Shown here: piece by piece, positions 7,274 to 16,488 of the stretch
Layout of the letters: each line of letters opens with the position of its first letter
How positions within the stretch are numbered: the first letter of the stretch is position 1
IMG/VR virus record: IMGVR_UViG_3300034072_000915
Span: 1 to 27,785 of that record
Length of the DNA stretch: 27,785 bases
From: a virus
Lineage: Duplodnaviria > Caudoviricetes
Strand: one strand, 5' to 3'
Program-made: the position numbers and the translations under genes
Notes under the pieces: generated by a model
What the model saw: only the letters and a program-made list of their open reading frames with translations
Database searches by the model: none
What the model was told of the DNA's origin: nothing

Positions 7274-8148
7274 TGCAACAATTCCTGTAAGAACGTCAGC
7301 GGCAGCTGGCTGCTGATCACCAGGGCGACACTGACCGGCTGTTTGACCGGTGGCGCGGTGTTTTGTAATTCTGCCGCGAGTGCGGCGGCGCTGCCGTTAT
7401 AGGCAAATCGCCAGATACTGCCGGCAACATTGGCCAGCGCAGTTAAATCTGTCTGCAGCTGTGTGATCAGCGCTGTGCGTTTGCTCGCCAGTGCGGTGAG
7501 TTTCCCAAGTGGCGTGGCGGCGTCGCTGGCGAGGCTTTCCAGCTGGCCGATTTGCGCGCCCAGCAGCCCTTCTGCATTTCGCAGTGGCTGCAGATTCAGG
7601 TCGCTTTTTTGTGTCCAGCGTGGCGTCAGTGCCGGTTTGTTTTGCTGCAGTTTTTCAGCGGCCAAATTCGCTGCTTTTTGCAGTTGCCGCTGATATGCCA
7701 TCAATGCTGGCACGGCCAGCAGGTTACAAATTGGCGTCAGCTGGTTGATTAGCTGCGCCGGTGATGCAGCGCTTAGCAGCAGCACCAACGCATGGCTTTG
7801 GTTCGCCGGTGTGTGCCGGTCTGCGTTATCGGTGAGTTTTGCCGCCAAGGCGTTAATGGCTTGTTGCGTTGATAAAAAACCATCATCACCAATGCCATAC
7901 ACGGCTGGCGTCACTGCCAGTGTCTTGGCTTGCACCAGCAGGTTATTGAGCTCAGTGCGAAGGCCCAGCAGTGCTTCGGCTTCTTCGCTTAAGTCGTGCC
8001 GGCTCAGGCTTACTTTTGCTTCAGTCGCGGCCACTCTGCCAAGTGCAGCCGACATCACGCTGCCGACTTGGTTTAATACCGTGTCGGCGTCGTCTTTGAT
8101 GGCCTGTGCGCTCGCTGGCCAGCGGGCGTTTGCATTTACCCATGCCAT
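7270..8148 (-). CDS. Conserved hypothetical tail-region protein
   Basis: 292-aa helical, Ala/Leu-rich ORF coupled to both neighbours. Confidence 0.7.
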   Translation of the reverse strand: MAWVNANARWPASAQAIKDDADTVLNQVGSVMSAALGRVAATEAKVSLSRHDLSEEAEALLGLRTELNNLLVQAKTLAVTPAVYGIGDDGFLSTQQAINALAAKLTDNADRHTPANQSHALVLLLSAASPAQLINQLTPICNLLAVPALMAYQRQLQKAANLAAEKLQQNKPALTPRWTQKSDLNLQPLRNAEGLLGAQIGQLESLASDAATPLGKLTALASKRTALITQLQTDLTALANVAGSIWRFAYNGSAAALAAELQNTAPPVKQPVSVALVISSQLPLTFLQELLQ

Positions 8149-8570
8149 TAAACAGCGTACCTCAGCAGGTCTTTATAAAGCCCGTTCGGGTGGTTCGATT
8201 TAGGCAGTCTGAAAATTTCCGCAACCGCTTCGCTGCAGTATTTCTTTTTCTGGCTCTGCTTTAAAAACGGCACCCGGTAGCGCATTGCGCCGGTGTAGTC
8301 GTATTTCGCGCCACTGTGCTGCCAGAACCATTGCCAGGCGTCTTCTGCAGTGATGCCCATATCGACTGTCATCAGCAGCCAGTCTTTGGTGGCAATGTTA
8401 ATCAGCTTCACGCGCACCCCGCCGTCCATCATGCTGGCCGACACACACAGTGCCCAGCCGTTCGGGTAGTGCTGCAGCACCGCTTCCACATGCGAAAACG
8501 GCCCACCGGTCATGTCGGCAATGACGCGGTTGGCCAGTCGTTTACGGCCCTTGTAAAACGCTACCTGCAT
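8148..8570 (-). CDS. Permuted papain-like (NlpC/P60, YiiX/YaeF-type) peptidase/amidase
   Basis: His in FSHVEAV, then GAKYDY, then Cys in YCSE. This is the His-before-Cys order of permuted NlpC/P60 enzymes. Confidence 0.7.
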   Translation of the reverse strand: MQVAFYKGRKRLANRVIADMTGGPFSHVEAVLQHYPNGWALCVSASMMDGGVRVKLINIATKDWLLMTVDMGITAEDAWQWFWQHSGAKYDYTGAMRYRVPFLKQSQKKKYCSEAVAEIFRLPKSNHPNGLYKDLLRYAV

Positions 8571-8583
8571 GGTGACCTCTGCG

Positions 8584-8874
8584 TTATCCGTTAAAGGCTT
8601 CTTCTGCCTGAATTGTCAGGCTGAGAATTTCTGAGGCTCTTTGCGCTGTGATTAGGTTTTTGCTGACCAGCAGCTGCACGCCTTGTTGTGTATCAATCCG
8701 TGCTAAATCGATAAACGTCGCAGCTTCCTGATCCTTTAGCAGCACGCGCACAGTTGCATCGCTTTCTGCTGCCGTTTCAATGGCCACCTTCTCCGCAAAG
8801 GTAAATCGGTTACGAAATGCCAGCCGTGTGATGCGGCTATTCATAAATCCATCGTTCCACTTGATAATGCTCAT
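8584..8874 (-). CDS. Small tail-fibre-associated protein (probable assembly chaperone)
   Basis: ITRLAFRNRFTFAE...AATFIDLAR...LITAQRASEIL pattern, directly after the receptor-binding gene with a TAATG overlap. Confidence 0.65.
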   Translation of the reverse strand: MSIIKWNDGFMNSRITRLAFRNRFTFAEKVAIETAAESDATVRVLLKDQEAATFIDLARIDTQQGVQLLVSKNLITAQRASEILSLTIQAEEAFNG

Positions 8875-10025
8875 TATTTGATCCTCACATAGAACGCGGT
8901 GCCGATGTTTCCTAATGATGTTGGTTGTGTTCCTGCAAATGACGGGTTACCGGCATAAGCCAGTTGATTCCCAATCAAAACGCGGCCAGAACCAGAACCA
9001 GCGTCACTGCCGGTTGCAAGGAAACGGCCATCAGTAATATTCAGGAAAGTGGCCGTTGCATTACCTCCAACGCCATGCGGGTAAGGTCTCAGCTTGGTTA
9101 AGTCAAACGACTTGTAAAACAGGGTGTTGTTATTGGTGAAAATATAAAATTCGCCGTTGTACGAAACGTTTGCCAGACCAAGCGTTCCGGTTAGCACTTG
9201 CGTCCAGCTCCCCGTTGCGCCTGTCGTTGATGTATATACTCCGATGTTGGCCACAACCAATACAAACAGGTTATTCCCAGTAATTACCCGCGAGACATTA
9301 GTGCCGCCGCCTGGTGTTGTTACAGCGGTCCACGTCACACCGTTGTCTGTTGACCTTGAGCTTTGAGAAGCGGTGCTTGTGCCAACGGCCAGCCATACGT
9401 TGTTGTAAAACGCCACGGAAACCAGCGCGCTGGTTACATTCGACGTTCTGACCGTGTAGCTGGTGCCGTTTGCTGACGTCAGTATGGTTCCGCTCGCACC
9501 GACGATTGCCAGCAAGCCGTTTGCAAAGTTAATGGCATTCAGCGCGTTGGTGGTTCCTGACGTTCTTGGTGTCCATGTGACCGCATCAGTAGATGTCCAG
9601 ATCAGGCCGTTGCTGCTGACTGCAACCCATAGCGAAAGTGCAGAAACCCATTTCACGGCGTTTACATTTTGTGTGCCTGTGAGGCCAGACGGAACAATCA
9701 AACTGCCCCATGTAATGCCATTGTCTGTCGATACAGCTAACCCGCCCGGGTCGGTGCCGTTATGGCCGACAGCTGCAACAATCGTATTTCCGTTTGCTGA
9801 CGCTCCATTGATTGACCTGTTCGTGTATTCAAGGCGCTTTGCCCATAGCGTTGCACGGGTATGATCCCAATACGCTCCATCGAAGTTGGCCGGGTTGGTT
9901 TCTATGTATTCAGTTCTTAACCACGTGCCAAAATCGTCACTGATCTGAATAGGCATGTTATCCGGTAACTGTAATGCCGCACCGACCGGAAAAGAGCCAC
10001 CGCCGTTTAACAGGCTTAAATCCAT
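8874..10025 (-). CDS. Beta-propeller (BNR/Asp-box repeat) receptor-binding tail protein
   Basis: Repeated S/T-x-D-x-G-x-T-W motifs (STDNGITW, STDAVTW, SANGTSY, STDNGVTW). The start MDLSLL at 10025 follows the upstream stop at 10028. Confidence 0.75.
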   Translation of the reverse strand: MDLSLLNGGGSFPVGAALQLPDNMPIQISDDFGTWLRTEYIETNPANFDGAYWDHTRATLWAKRLEYTNRSINGASANGNTIVAAVGHNGTDPGGLAVSTDNGITWGSLIVPSGLTGTQNVNAVKWVSALSLWVAVSSNGLIWTSTDAVTWTPRTSGTTNALNAINFANGLLAIVGASGTILTSANGTSYTVRTSNVTSALVSVAFYNNVWLAVGTSTASQSSRSTDNGVTWTAVTTPGGGTNVSRVITGNNLFVLVVANIGVYTSTTGATGSWTQVLTGTLGLANVSYNGEFYIFTNNNTLFYKSFDLTKLRPYPHGVGGNATATFLNITDGRFLATGSDAGSGSGRVLIGNQLAYAGNPSFAGTQPTSLGNIGTAFYVRIK

Positions 10026-10027
10026 AA

Positions 10028-10843
10028 TTAAAATCCCCCTGCATACCGCAGCTGATTTGCTGCGACGCACTCAAAAATTAACGTCCCAGCTCTACTTGCT
10101 GGCAGCCAGTGATTCAGCTCGCTGACTCCATTTGGCAGTACAATATTCACGGTGCCCACAATGTCGATGCGGCCGGCTTTGGCCAGCTTTTGCACTTCAA
10201 TCACATCGCCTGGTATAAGGTTCGCGGCGTCTAACGTCACCGTTTTGGATTGGCCTTGGTCAAATACAATTATTTCGCGCTGGGCAGCGCCGGCTGCGGT
10301 GTAGTTGTTTGGGTTGTGCACCAAGTTGTGCGTGGCTCGCTCTTTTAATTCGTTAAGCTCTGCATTAATTGCGGCAATCTCAGCGCTAAAGTCATACATC
10401 CAGCTTTCTGCCGGCACGACAATTGGTACCCCGTTGGCAATGCCCAGATGTTCAATCACCATGTTGCGCACAATGACGTTGCCAACCGTTGCGCCTGCTG
10501 TTTTCACTTTCTGCGTCAGTGGCACATAGGCAAACATGACCAGCTGATCGCCGTTTACCGGATGGGTGTACACCAGGCCAATCCAGTTAAAGCTAAAATC
10601 CCCTACTTCTGTGCTGAGCATCTTTGCGTAGGTGACACGGTTGTCATCGATAATGCCGTGTCCCGTTGGTGGTGTTTCAAGTACCACATGTGCCGGTGCT
10701 GGCATTGGTTCGTTTGCCGGCTCTGGGTCGGTGTGCACCAGCCCCGGAATATTGGCGAATACAAACTTGGTAATTTCCAGCTCTGGGCCTGCGCCCACAG
10801 CTGCAGCAACCATGATTTCGCCGATGGTGGTTAAACGCGCCAT
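10028..10843 (-). CDS. Tail fibre proximal protein (gpH-like N-terminal baseplate-anchoring domain)
   Basis: ITKFVFANIPGL and VGDFSFNWIGL motifs of HP1-type fibre N-termini; follows gpI. Only 271 aa. Confidence 0.8.
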   Translation of the reverse strand: MARLTTIGEIMVAAAVGAGPELEITKFVFANIPGLVHTDPEPANEPMPAPAHVVLETPPTGHGIIDDNRVTYAKMLSTEVGDFSFNWIGLVYTHPVNGDQLVMFAYVPLTQKVKTAGATVGNVIVRNMVIEHLGIANGVPIVVPAESWMYDFSAEIAAINAELNELKERATHNLVHNPNNYTAAGAAQREIIVFDQGQSKTVTLDAANLIPGDVIEVQKLAKAGRIDIVGTVNIVLPNGVSELNHWLPASRAGTLIFECVAANQLRYAGGF

Positions 10844-11427
10844 TAACTGGCCCTCGCGGTTAGTGTCTGAAAATCTGCGTTGACTTCGCTGCCCGCCAAA
10901 ATCATGGCAGCCGCTTTGTTTGAAACGTACTCATACCGGCGACAGGTGCGACCATAGTCCTGAATGATGGTACCCATCAGCGCGGCGCTTGAAACTGTGG
11001 TGTCATCAATTTCAATCGACACCACATCCCAGTCTTTATCCGGCTGGCGCTCTGCGATGCTCAGGACCGGCACACCCAGCCGGTTAAAGATGTTGATAAA
11101 TCCCTGTGTGCTGCCGGCGTCTTTGGCATTGACAAAGGCAAAGGCCACGCGCTTGCGATAGAGCCACAGCGGTTCATCACGAAAACGGGTAATGCGCCGC
11201 TCCCATGCCAGCAAATGCAACACATCCACCGAACAGGTCAACGGGTCACTTTGTGTCAGCGGCCACAGCAGATAACCCCTTACGCGCTGCCAAAAACTCT
11301 GCATGCCGACTTTGAGCATGGCCGGTTCTTGCGGCTCCGGGCTTTCAGTTAACGTTTGGCCATCCATCCAAAACGGCAGGTTCAGCGCTTCCAGCTGCGG
11401 GCTGTTTTCATCATGGTTGATGCTCAT
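10843..11427 (-). CDS. Baseplate wedge/tail protein (gpI-like)
   Basis: DPLTC...LHLLAWER.I.RF..EP..LYRKRV..A..NAKDAGS...YGRTCRRY. Confidence 0.85.
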   Translation of the reverse strand: MSINHDENSPQLEALNLPFWMDGQTLTESPEPQEPAMLKVGMQSFWQRVRGYLLWPLTQSDPLTCSVDVLHLLAWERRITRFRDEPLWLYRKRVAFAFVNAKDAGSTQGFINIFNRLGVPVLSIAERQPDKDWDVVSIEIDDTTVSSAALMGTIIQDYGRTCRRYEYVSNKAAAMILAGSEVNADFQTLTARAS

Positions 11428-12611
11428 GGCGCCACCCCGTTATTGGTGATGGTTAAGCTGTCGATGCGTGGCAGCACTAAGGCGCTTTCAATATCCTCGG
11501 TGGTAAAGCGGATACTTTTTAAGCCCGGCAATGCGCTGTGAAGCTCCTGCACCAGTTGAGAAAAGGCAAACACACTTTGTGGCAAGGTGCGGGTGATCTC
11601 CGGATACAAATCTGACTCCCGAAACGCTGCCCGTACCCGCGCTTCAATGCCATCTTCCAGCGCGGCGATTTCTTCCACGCTCAGGTTTTCTCGGTGCCAG
11701 AATTCCAGCTCGATATCCGCCGGCGCTGCCGGAATGGCAATGGCCAGTAAATCGTCGCCGTGGCCGTGATAGCCTTGGTTCGTGATGTAGTCGTTGATGC
11801 TGTCTATCAGACTGGATGGAGTTTCACCGACCGGCATCATGACAAAACAGTTTGCTGTGCCTGGCCCGCGTGGGGCGTTGTGCTCAAAAAACAGCAGATC
11901 ACTGCGAATGCCGGCAAAGCTGGCAATGGCTGCCCGATATACCGCATCGATATGGTAGTTCCCGACGCTCGCAAACTTATCGCGGATACGCAGCGCCAGT
12001 GCTTCGTCTGTTTCAACGTCAGCACCGGATACCGTGATCCAGTTGGCCGCGTTGGTTACTGAGTCAATGCCCGGCACCACATCCTGCATGATGTTAAAAA
12101 AACCAGCCGGCAGGTTGTAACCGGCGCCCGCTTCCAATGCCTCACACAACACCTGCGCGCTTAAGGTACCTGCCGGAATTAACGTATTTTCCAGCACCGT
12201 GACCCGGTATACCGCGCCCAGTGTGCTGTCTGTTTTGATGATGGTGCCGGCGGCAACGACGATTGGCGCGTTGACGTCCTGTTTAGTGAAAACAATATTG
12301 CCTCTGGTTTTGACCGCCGCTTTTCGCGTCAGGCCTACATCCCACGCCTTTAACTCTAAATACTTTTGTGTCGCTGTTGCGGCAAACATGGCCGGCAGTA
12401 CGTGGCTGGCCAGCAGCGTTTTAATCAGCCACAGTACCGGCGTAACTACGCAAGCAGAGAACAGCCGCCAAAATGGGCTCATGGCGCTGTTGTTGGAAAT
12501 GATGGAGTTTGCCGCGGTGACGTCGGCTTCTAACAATGCCACCACGCCATCGCTGGTGGTTGGCATGCCCTGCTCTGACAGCAGTTTTTCAAAATTAACT
12601 GACGGCCGCAT
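11424..12611 (-). CDS. Baseplate J-like protein
   Basis: 395 aa with A...GAGYNL, GADVETDEAL..RIR and APRGPGTAN; canonical position. Confidence 0.9.
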   Translation of the reverse strand: MRPSVNFEKLLSEQGMPTTSDGVVALLEADVTAANSIISNNSAMSPFWRLFSACVVTPVLWLIKTLLASHVLPAMFAATATQKYLELKAWDVGLTRKAAVKTRGNIVFTKQDVNAPIVVAAGTIIKTDSTLGAVYRVTVLENTLIPAGTLSAQVLCEALEAGAGYNLPAGFFNIMQDVVPGIDSVTNAANWITVSGADVETDEALALRIRDKFASVGNYHIDAVYRAAIASFAGIRSDLLFFEHNAPRGPGTANCFVMMPVGETPSSLIDSINDYITNQGYHGHGDDLLAIAIPAAPADIELEFWHRENLSVEEIAALEDGIEARVRAAFRESDLYPEITRTLPQSVFAFSQLVQELHSALPGLKSIRFTTEDIESALVLPRIDSLTITNNGVAP

Positions 12612-12939
12612 TTAACGATACCTCTGTTGTTATGTCGCCAAATTCGTAAGTAGTGGCAGTGATCAGAATTTGCTGCTCGTTGTTGGCATCAATCTCAATA
12701 GTGCCTGGCACTAACCGCGTGTCTGTTTCTATCAACAGTTCCATCGCCGTATACACGTCATTGCGAAGGGCCGGACTGCGCTGTGCCAGCAGTCTGGTAA
12801 CTAATCCCGATTCCAGCAGCATGTGCTTGACGTCCTGCGCGATACTCGCCCGGGTGTTGATCAGCTCAGGCTGTGGCAGCGCATCTAATGCCAGTGCGCC
12901 TTTTTCGATAAACAGATCGCTGTATTTTTGCAGTGTCAT
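12595..12939 (-). CDS. Baseplate gpW/gp25-like protein (DUF2590 type)
   Basis: SIAQDVKHMLLESGL...DTRLVPGT...TATTYEFG, located between tape measure and J. Confidence 0.8.
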   Translation of the reverse strand: MTLQKYSDLFIEKGALALDALPQPELINTRASIAQDVKHMLLESGLVTRLLAQRSPALRNDVYTAMELLIETDTRLVPGTIEIDANNEQQILITATTYEFGDITTEVSLNAAVS

Positions 12940-15194
12940 GCTGTGAGTAACTCCTGCTGATCAGCCAGTTCTGCCAAGCTCCACTCTTTGGGCGGGTTCT
13001 GCACGATTACGTCGCCAAAGCTGAGGGTTTTACCGCTACTGACCGACTGCGTGGCTTTTCTTACCGCTTGCGCGGATGCAGCCGCCTGCTGGTTGTATTT
13101 CGGCGTAATGGTGCCGGCCAGCATGTCGGTTGCCACCGGCTTGATATCTACCTGCTGCTGCAGCTTTTCTGGGGTGTAAGGCTCTGGCAAATTGCGCTGC
13201 ACGTTCAGCTGCTGGCTTAACTGTTCCGGCACAAATGCGGCTGGCTTTACCAGTTGCAGGTGTTGCTGCTGGGTCATCGGTTCTGGCGCATAAGGCTTTG
13301 GCAAATTGCGCTGCACGTTCATCTGCTGGCTTAACGGCTCCGGCACGTAGGCGGCTGGTTTTACCAATTGCAGGTGCTGGTGCTGGGTCAACGGTTCCGG
13401 CGCATAAGGCGCTGGCAAATTGCGTTGCACGTTCAGCTGCTGATTTACCGGCTCTGGCAATTCCGTCTTTGGTAATAATCCGGCGTGTTTCGGTAATGCG
13501 CTGTTGAATACGCCGGTATCATTTGCCGCCTGGCGCTGCATCCACTCTGGCATGGCCTGCTGGCTTGGCATGTTTTCTGGCAGCTTCGTGGCGTTTTGCA
13601 GCTTCTGTGTATCCACTGGCCCGACGATTGGCTTAAGCTCGATGTCGACACCTGGCAAGGTGTTGAGCTTGCCAGCTATCCAGTTGTAAAAGCTGATGAA
13701 CTGGTTTTGGATGCCGGTTATCATTTCATCAAAAAATTCGCCAACCGCTTTTATCCAGCCCCATTCTGAAACCGTGGCTTTGAGTTCATCCCAGTAATAA
13801 ATAATCGCGGCGACCGCGACTATCGCAAGACCAATGCCGGCGATCAAAAAGCCGATTGGGTTTGCTGCCATCGCTATGTTTACAGCTAACGTCCACGCTC
13901 TCATGGTTTTCATGACTGCGGTGAATTTAGTGCCTGCCCATGCGGCAGCATCAGCGCCCAACTTCCATGTGGTCATCGCCATTGTTCCGGCGCCCATCAT
14001 GATGGTAAGCAGGCCGCCGGCAGCAACGGCCAGCATCAGGCCGATGCCGAGATAACCCAGCCAACGGCTGATGTTTGGGAATTTGCTGGTGAAGTCTATG
14101 ACCCCTTTGCTCATATCCGCTATTTTGCCGACGAACTCATTAAACGCTGGCAGAACGGCGGCGCCGAAGGCTGCCCGGATCACAAACCAGCTTTGTGAAA
14201 GTCGCTGGCTTTGGTCCGTCATGGCCGCTGCCATTTTTTCGGCTTGCTCCATGCCTTTGACTTTACCCAGCTGGCTGATGGAACCTGCCAGACCGTCGAC
14301 GTCGTTTAGCAGTAATTTCACCAGCGAAACGGCCTCTTGCGAACCAAAGGCGCTGGCCAGCTGATCACCTTCAGCCACGCTGATGGTGTCGCCATACTTG
14401 CCTTTGATTTTGTTCAGGATGTCTACCATTGGCAGCATATTGCCGTTGGCGTCAGCAAACTGCAGGTTGAGCGCCTTTTGCGCTTTACCCACACCGGCTA
14501 AAAATGATTTGTATTTGGTGGCCGACTCGCTGCCTTCCATGGTGGCTTGCAGGGTGCCCATGATGGCCATTTGTTCTTCGAGTGGTGCAAGGCCTGCCGA
14601 TGCGCCAAGTGCACCAAAAGCATCCGACATCTTTTTACCATCGGTTTTAAATGCCTGTACTGCAGTGGCAGTCATACCCGTGACGCGCTCAATCCAGGCG
14701 CCCTCGCCCATGCTTTTTGCATCGTTTTTAAAGATGCCGTACATGGTTCCCATGTAGTTGGTCACGGTGGCGGCATCCGCTTTTGTGGCTTTTGCCAGCA
14801 CGTTGGATGCCATGGTGAAACGGCTTAAATCAGCATCATTTAACCCGGTAATGGCTGACTGGATATCGTAGCTTGAGCGCACAAAATCAACGGCTGATTC
14901 GCCGTACTTCATGGCGTAGGCGTATGAATTTTCAGACAGCATTTTCAGCGCGCTGTCACGCACACCCAATGAGGCAACCTCGCCCAATGCCCGGTCCATT
15001 TCAATGGCCGGCATCAGCGCATTTTGCAGGGCAAAACCACTGGCCGCGACGCCACCAATCCCAGTGGCCATCTGCATGGTTCCAGCCTGATAGTTTTCGG
15101 CCAAACCATTTAACTTGTTGCTGATTTTGGCAATTGGCTTGGTGATTTGGTCTATCAAGCCAACGGTAAACATCAGCGGTGCAGGTAAGCTCAT
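12936..15194 (-). CDS. Tail tape measure protein (TP901-type core)
   Basis: 752 aa, Ala/Gly-rich. N-terminal LIDQITKP, hydrophobic ANPIG segment; follows the chaperone. Confidence 0.92.
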   Translation of the reverse strand: MSLPAPLMFTVGLIDQITKPIAKISNKLNGLAENYQAGTMQMATGIGGVAASGFALQNALMPAIEMDRALGEVASLGVRDSALKMLSENSYAYAMKYGESAVDFVRSSYDIQSAITGLNDADLSRFTMASNVLAKATKADAATVTNYMGTMYGIFKNDAKSMGEGAWIERVTGMTATAVQAFKTDGKKMSDAFGALGASAGLAPLEEQMAIMGTLQATMEGSESATKYKSFLAGVGKAQKALNLQFADANGNMLPMVDILNKIKGKYGDTISVAEGDQLASAFGSQEAVSLVKLLLNDVDGLAGSISQLGKVKGMEQAEKMAAAMTDQSQRLSQSWFVIRAAFGAAVLPAFNEFVGKIADMSKGVIDFTSKFPNISRWLGYLGIGLMLAVAAGGLLTIMMGAGTMAMTTWKLGADAAAWAGTKFTAVMKTMRAWTLAVNIAMAANPIGFLIAGIGLAIVAVAAIIYYWDELKATVSEWGWIKAVGEFFDEMITGIQNQFISFYNWIAGKLNTLPGVDIELKPIVGPVDTQKLQNATKLPENMPSQQAMPEWMQRQAANDTGVFNSALPKHAGLLPKTELPEPVNQQLNVQRNLPAPYAPEPLTQHQHLQLVKPAAYVPEPLSQQMNVQRNLPKPYAPEPMTQQQHLQLVKPAAFVPEQLSQQLNVQRNLPEPYTPEKLQQQVDIKPVATDMLAGTITPKYNQQAAASAQAVRKATQSVSSGKTLSFGDVIVQNPPKEWSLAELADQQELLTA
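13140..13457 (-). repeat. 114-nt (38-aa; two 19-aa subunits) tandem repeat in the tape measure C-terminus
   Basis: ggcaaattgcg(c/t)tgcacgttc occurs at 13186, 13300 and 13414. The protein reads PEPxxQQLNVQRNLPxPY / PEPxTQxQHLQLVKPAAxV. Confidence 0.9.
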
Positions 15195-15205
15195 GGGTGC
15201 CTCAT

Positions 15206-15403
15206 TTACTTGCCGCCAAAGGCGCGGTTAACGCCGTTGGCAGTGATGGCTTCTAACGACTCAAAGTGGTTTTTATGCAACCACAAGGCGCGGGCTATCG
15301 ATTGTTCGCTATCGTCTTCACCCGGCAGCCAATGCCGGCGCAGTGCCAGCATCTGTTCCAGCTGGTTGTTGTCCAGCGCTGCAACCAGCTCCGTTATTTT
15401 TTT
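15206..15403 (-). CDS. -1 frameshift extension of the tail assembly chaperone (gpE+E'-like)
   Basis: GTA-AAA-AAA-TAA ends the chaperone ORF. The -1 frame reads ITELVAALDNNQLEQMLALRRHWLPGEDDSEQSIARALWLHKNHFESLEAITANGVNRAFGGK* and stops at 15206, just before the tape measure. Confidence 0.8.
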   Translation of the reverse strand, partial: KKITELVAALDNNQLEQMLALRRHWLPGEDDSEQSIARALWLHKNHFESLEAITANGVNRAFGGK

Positions 15404-15660
15404 ACGGCGATTTCCAGCGCCGGCGAGAACTCTGCACCCAGCTCTGAGGCGATTTGCAGTGCTGCGCCTGGCGATTGTTCCAGCAATGCTTTGAAGTCTT
15501 CTTTTTGCTCAGCGTTGATGGTGCGCATCACTAAGTTGTGCGCTGATGCGGTCATCGATTCACGCCGCGCGGCCGCGTCGACAAATGCGTTGTGGTCTTG
15601 CGCCGTGACGTTAAAAGCAAAGTCAGTACCGGCGATGGTTAACACGATGGTCTTTTTCAT
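15394..15660 (-). CDS. Tail assembly chaperone (gpE-like)
   Basis: 88 aa ending LEIAVKK at a slippery site, upstream of the tape measure. Confidence 0.85.
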   Translation of the reverse strand: MKKTIVLTIAGTDFAFNVTAQDHNAFVDAAARRESMTASAHNLVMRTINAEQKEDFKALLEQSPGAALQIASELGAEFSPALEIAVKK

Positions 15661-15920
15661 GCTGCGTCCTTATCTCTTCTGTTGTTTAAAAGTTCTTTGA
15701 GGTTGTCGAACCCGTTTTTCATCTGCCGCTCGATGCGCTCACCCAGTTTTTCTACTTCAGATTTTGGCGAGTAATACTCGGCAACGTGGGTTTTGTGGTC
15801 GCTTAACTCTTTGCTGGTCTTGTGCACCGTGCCGTACAGGTGCGCAATCAGTGGCACCACTACTGCAAGCACCAGGCTTATCAGCCCCACAATCACCAGC
15901 AACCAGTTAGTTAATTCCAT
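15657..15920 (-). CDS. Small membrane-anchored lysis-region protein
   Basis: One N-terminal TM helix (WLLVIVGLISLVLAVVVPLIA) and a charged coiled-coil tail. Confidence 0.7.
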   Translation of the reverse strand: MELTNWLLVIVGLISLVLAVVVPLIAHLYGTVHKTSKELSDHKTHVAEYYSPKSEVEKLGERIERQMKNGFDNLKELLNNRRDKDAA

Positions 15921-15930
15921 GCCCGTTTCC

Positions 15931-16488
15931 TTACTTTTGCTGCGTTGTGGCCGCCTTGGTTGTGCCGCCCATGCTTAAATTCTTTTCCCGCTCGCTGGCG
16001 TCTTTGGTTGAACTCACCCAGTAGTAAACCGCAGCCGATACAAACGGCAGGAAGTTGCCCGACAGGTACACCAGCAAATCGCGGTTCTCTGGTGGTATTG
16101 GCATGTAAAACAGCACCGCCATCTGCGCGGCCAGCATCACTAGTAAGAAAATGGTGATGGCTGATGGCATCCAGTGGTCTTTATGGATGATCCGCGCCTG
16201 CTGCCGGTCCTGCAGTTCGGCTTTGTATTCTTCCATGGCTATTTTTTGCAGCTCCACATGGCTTTGGCGGATTTGCTCGCGCTCTTGTGCGGCCCACTCC
16301 TGCAGCTTTAACGCGGCGTTCGGGTCTTTCTTCAGCGCTGCTGCCACCGCTTCTGGGCTGTTGTCTGTGCCAATTGCGCCGGCAATTTGGCTGCCAATAC
16401 TGACGGCAAGCCCCACAGGCCCGCCCAATAACGGGGCGACTGAACCGGCAATGTTGCCGACTGTGCTTGCAATATCTTTCCAGTTCAT
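15931..16488 (-). CDS. Putative holin
   Basis: Gly-rich N-terminus (APLLGGPVG), a coiled coil, then two TM helices and YYWVSS. Overlaps the endolysin stop by 4 nt. Confidence 0.65.
   Translation of the reverse strand: MNWKDIASTVGNIAGSVAPLLGGPVGLAVSIGSQIAGAIGTDNSPEAVAAALKKDPNAALKLQEWAAQEREQIRQSHVELQKIAMEEYKAELQDRQQARIIHKDHWMPSAITIFLLVMLAAQMAVLFYMPIPPENRDLLVYLSGNFLPFVSAAVYYWVSSTKDASEREKNLSMGGTTKAATTQQK

Noticed and set aside
8584-10843. Invertible tail-fibre cassette
   Set aside because: No invertase, inverted recombination sites or reversed fibre fragments are visible.
13140-13457. Regularly spaced repeats as a CRISPR array
   Set aside because: They are in-frame coding repeats with conserved intervening sequence, and there are no cas genes.
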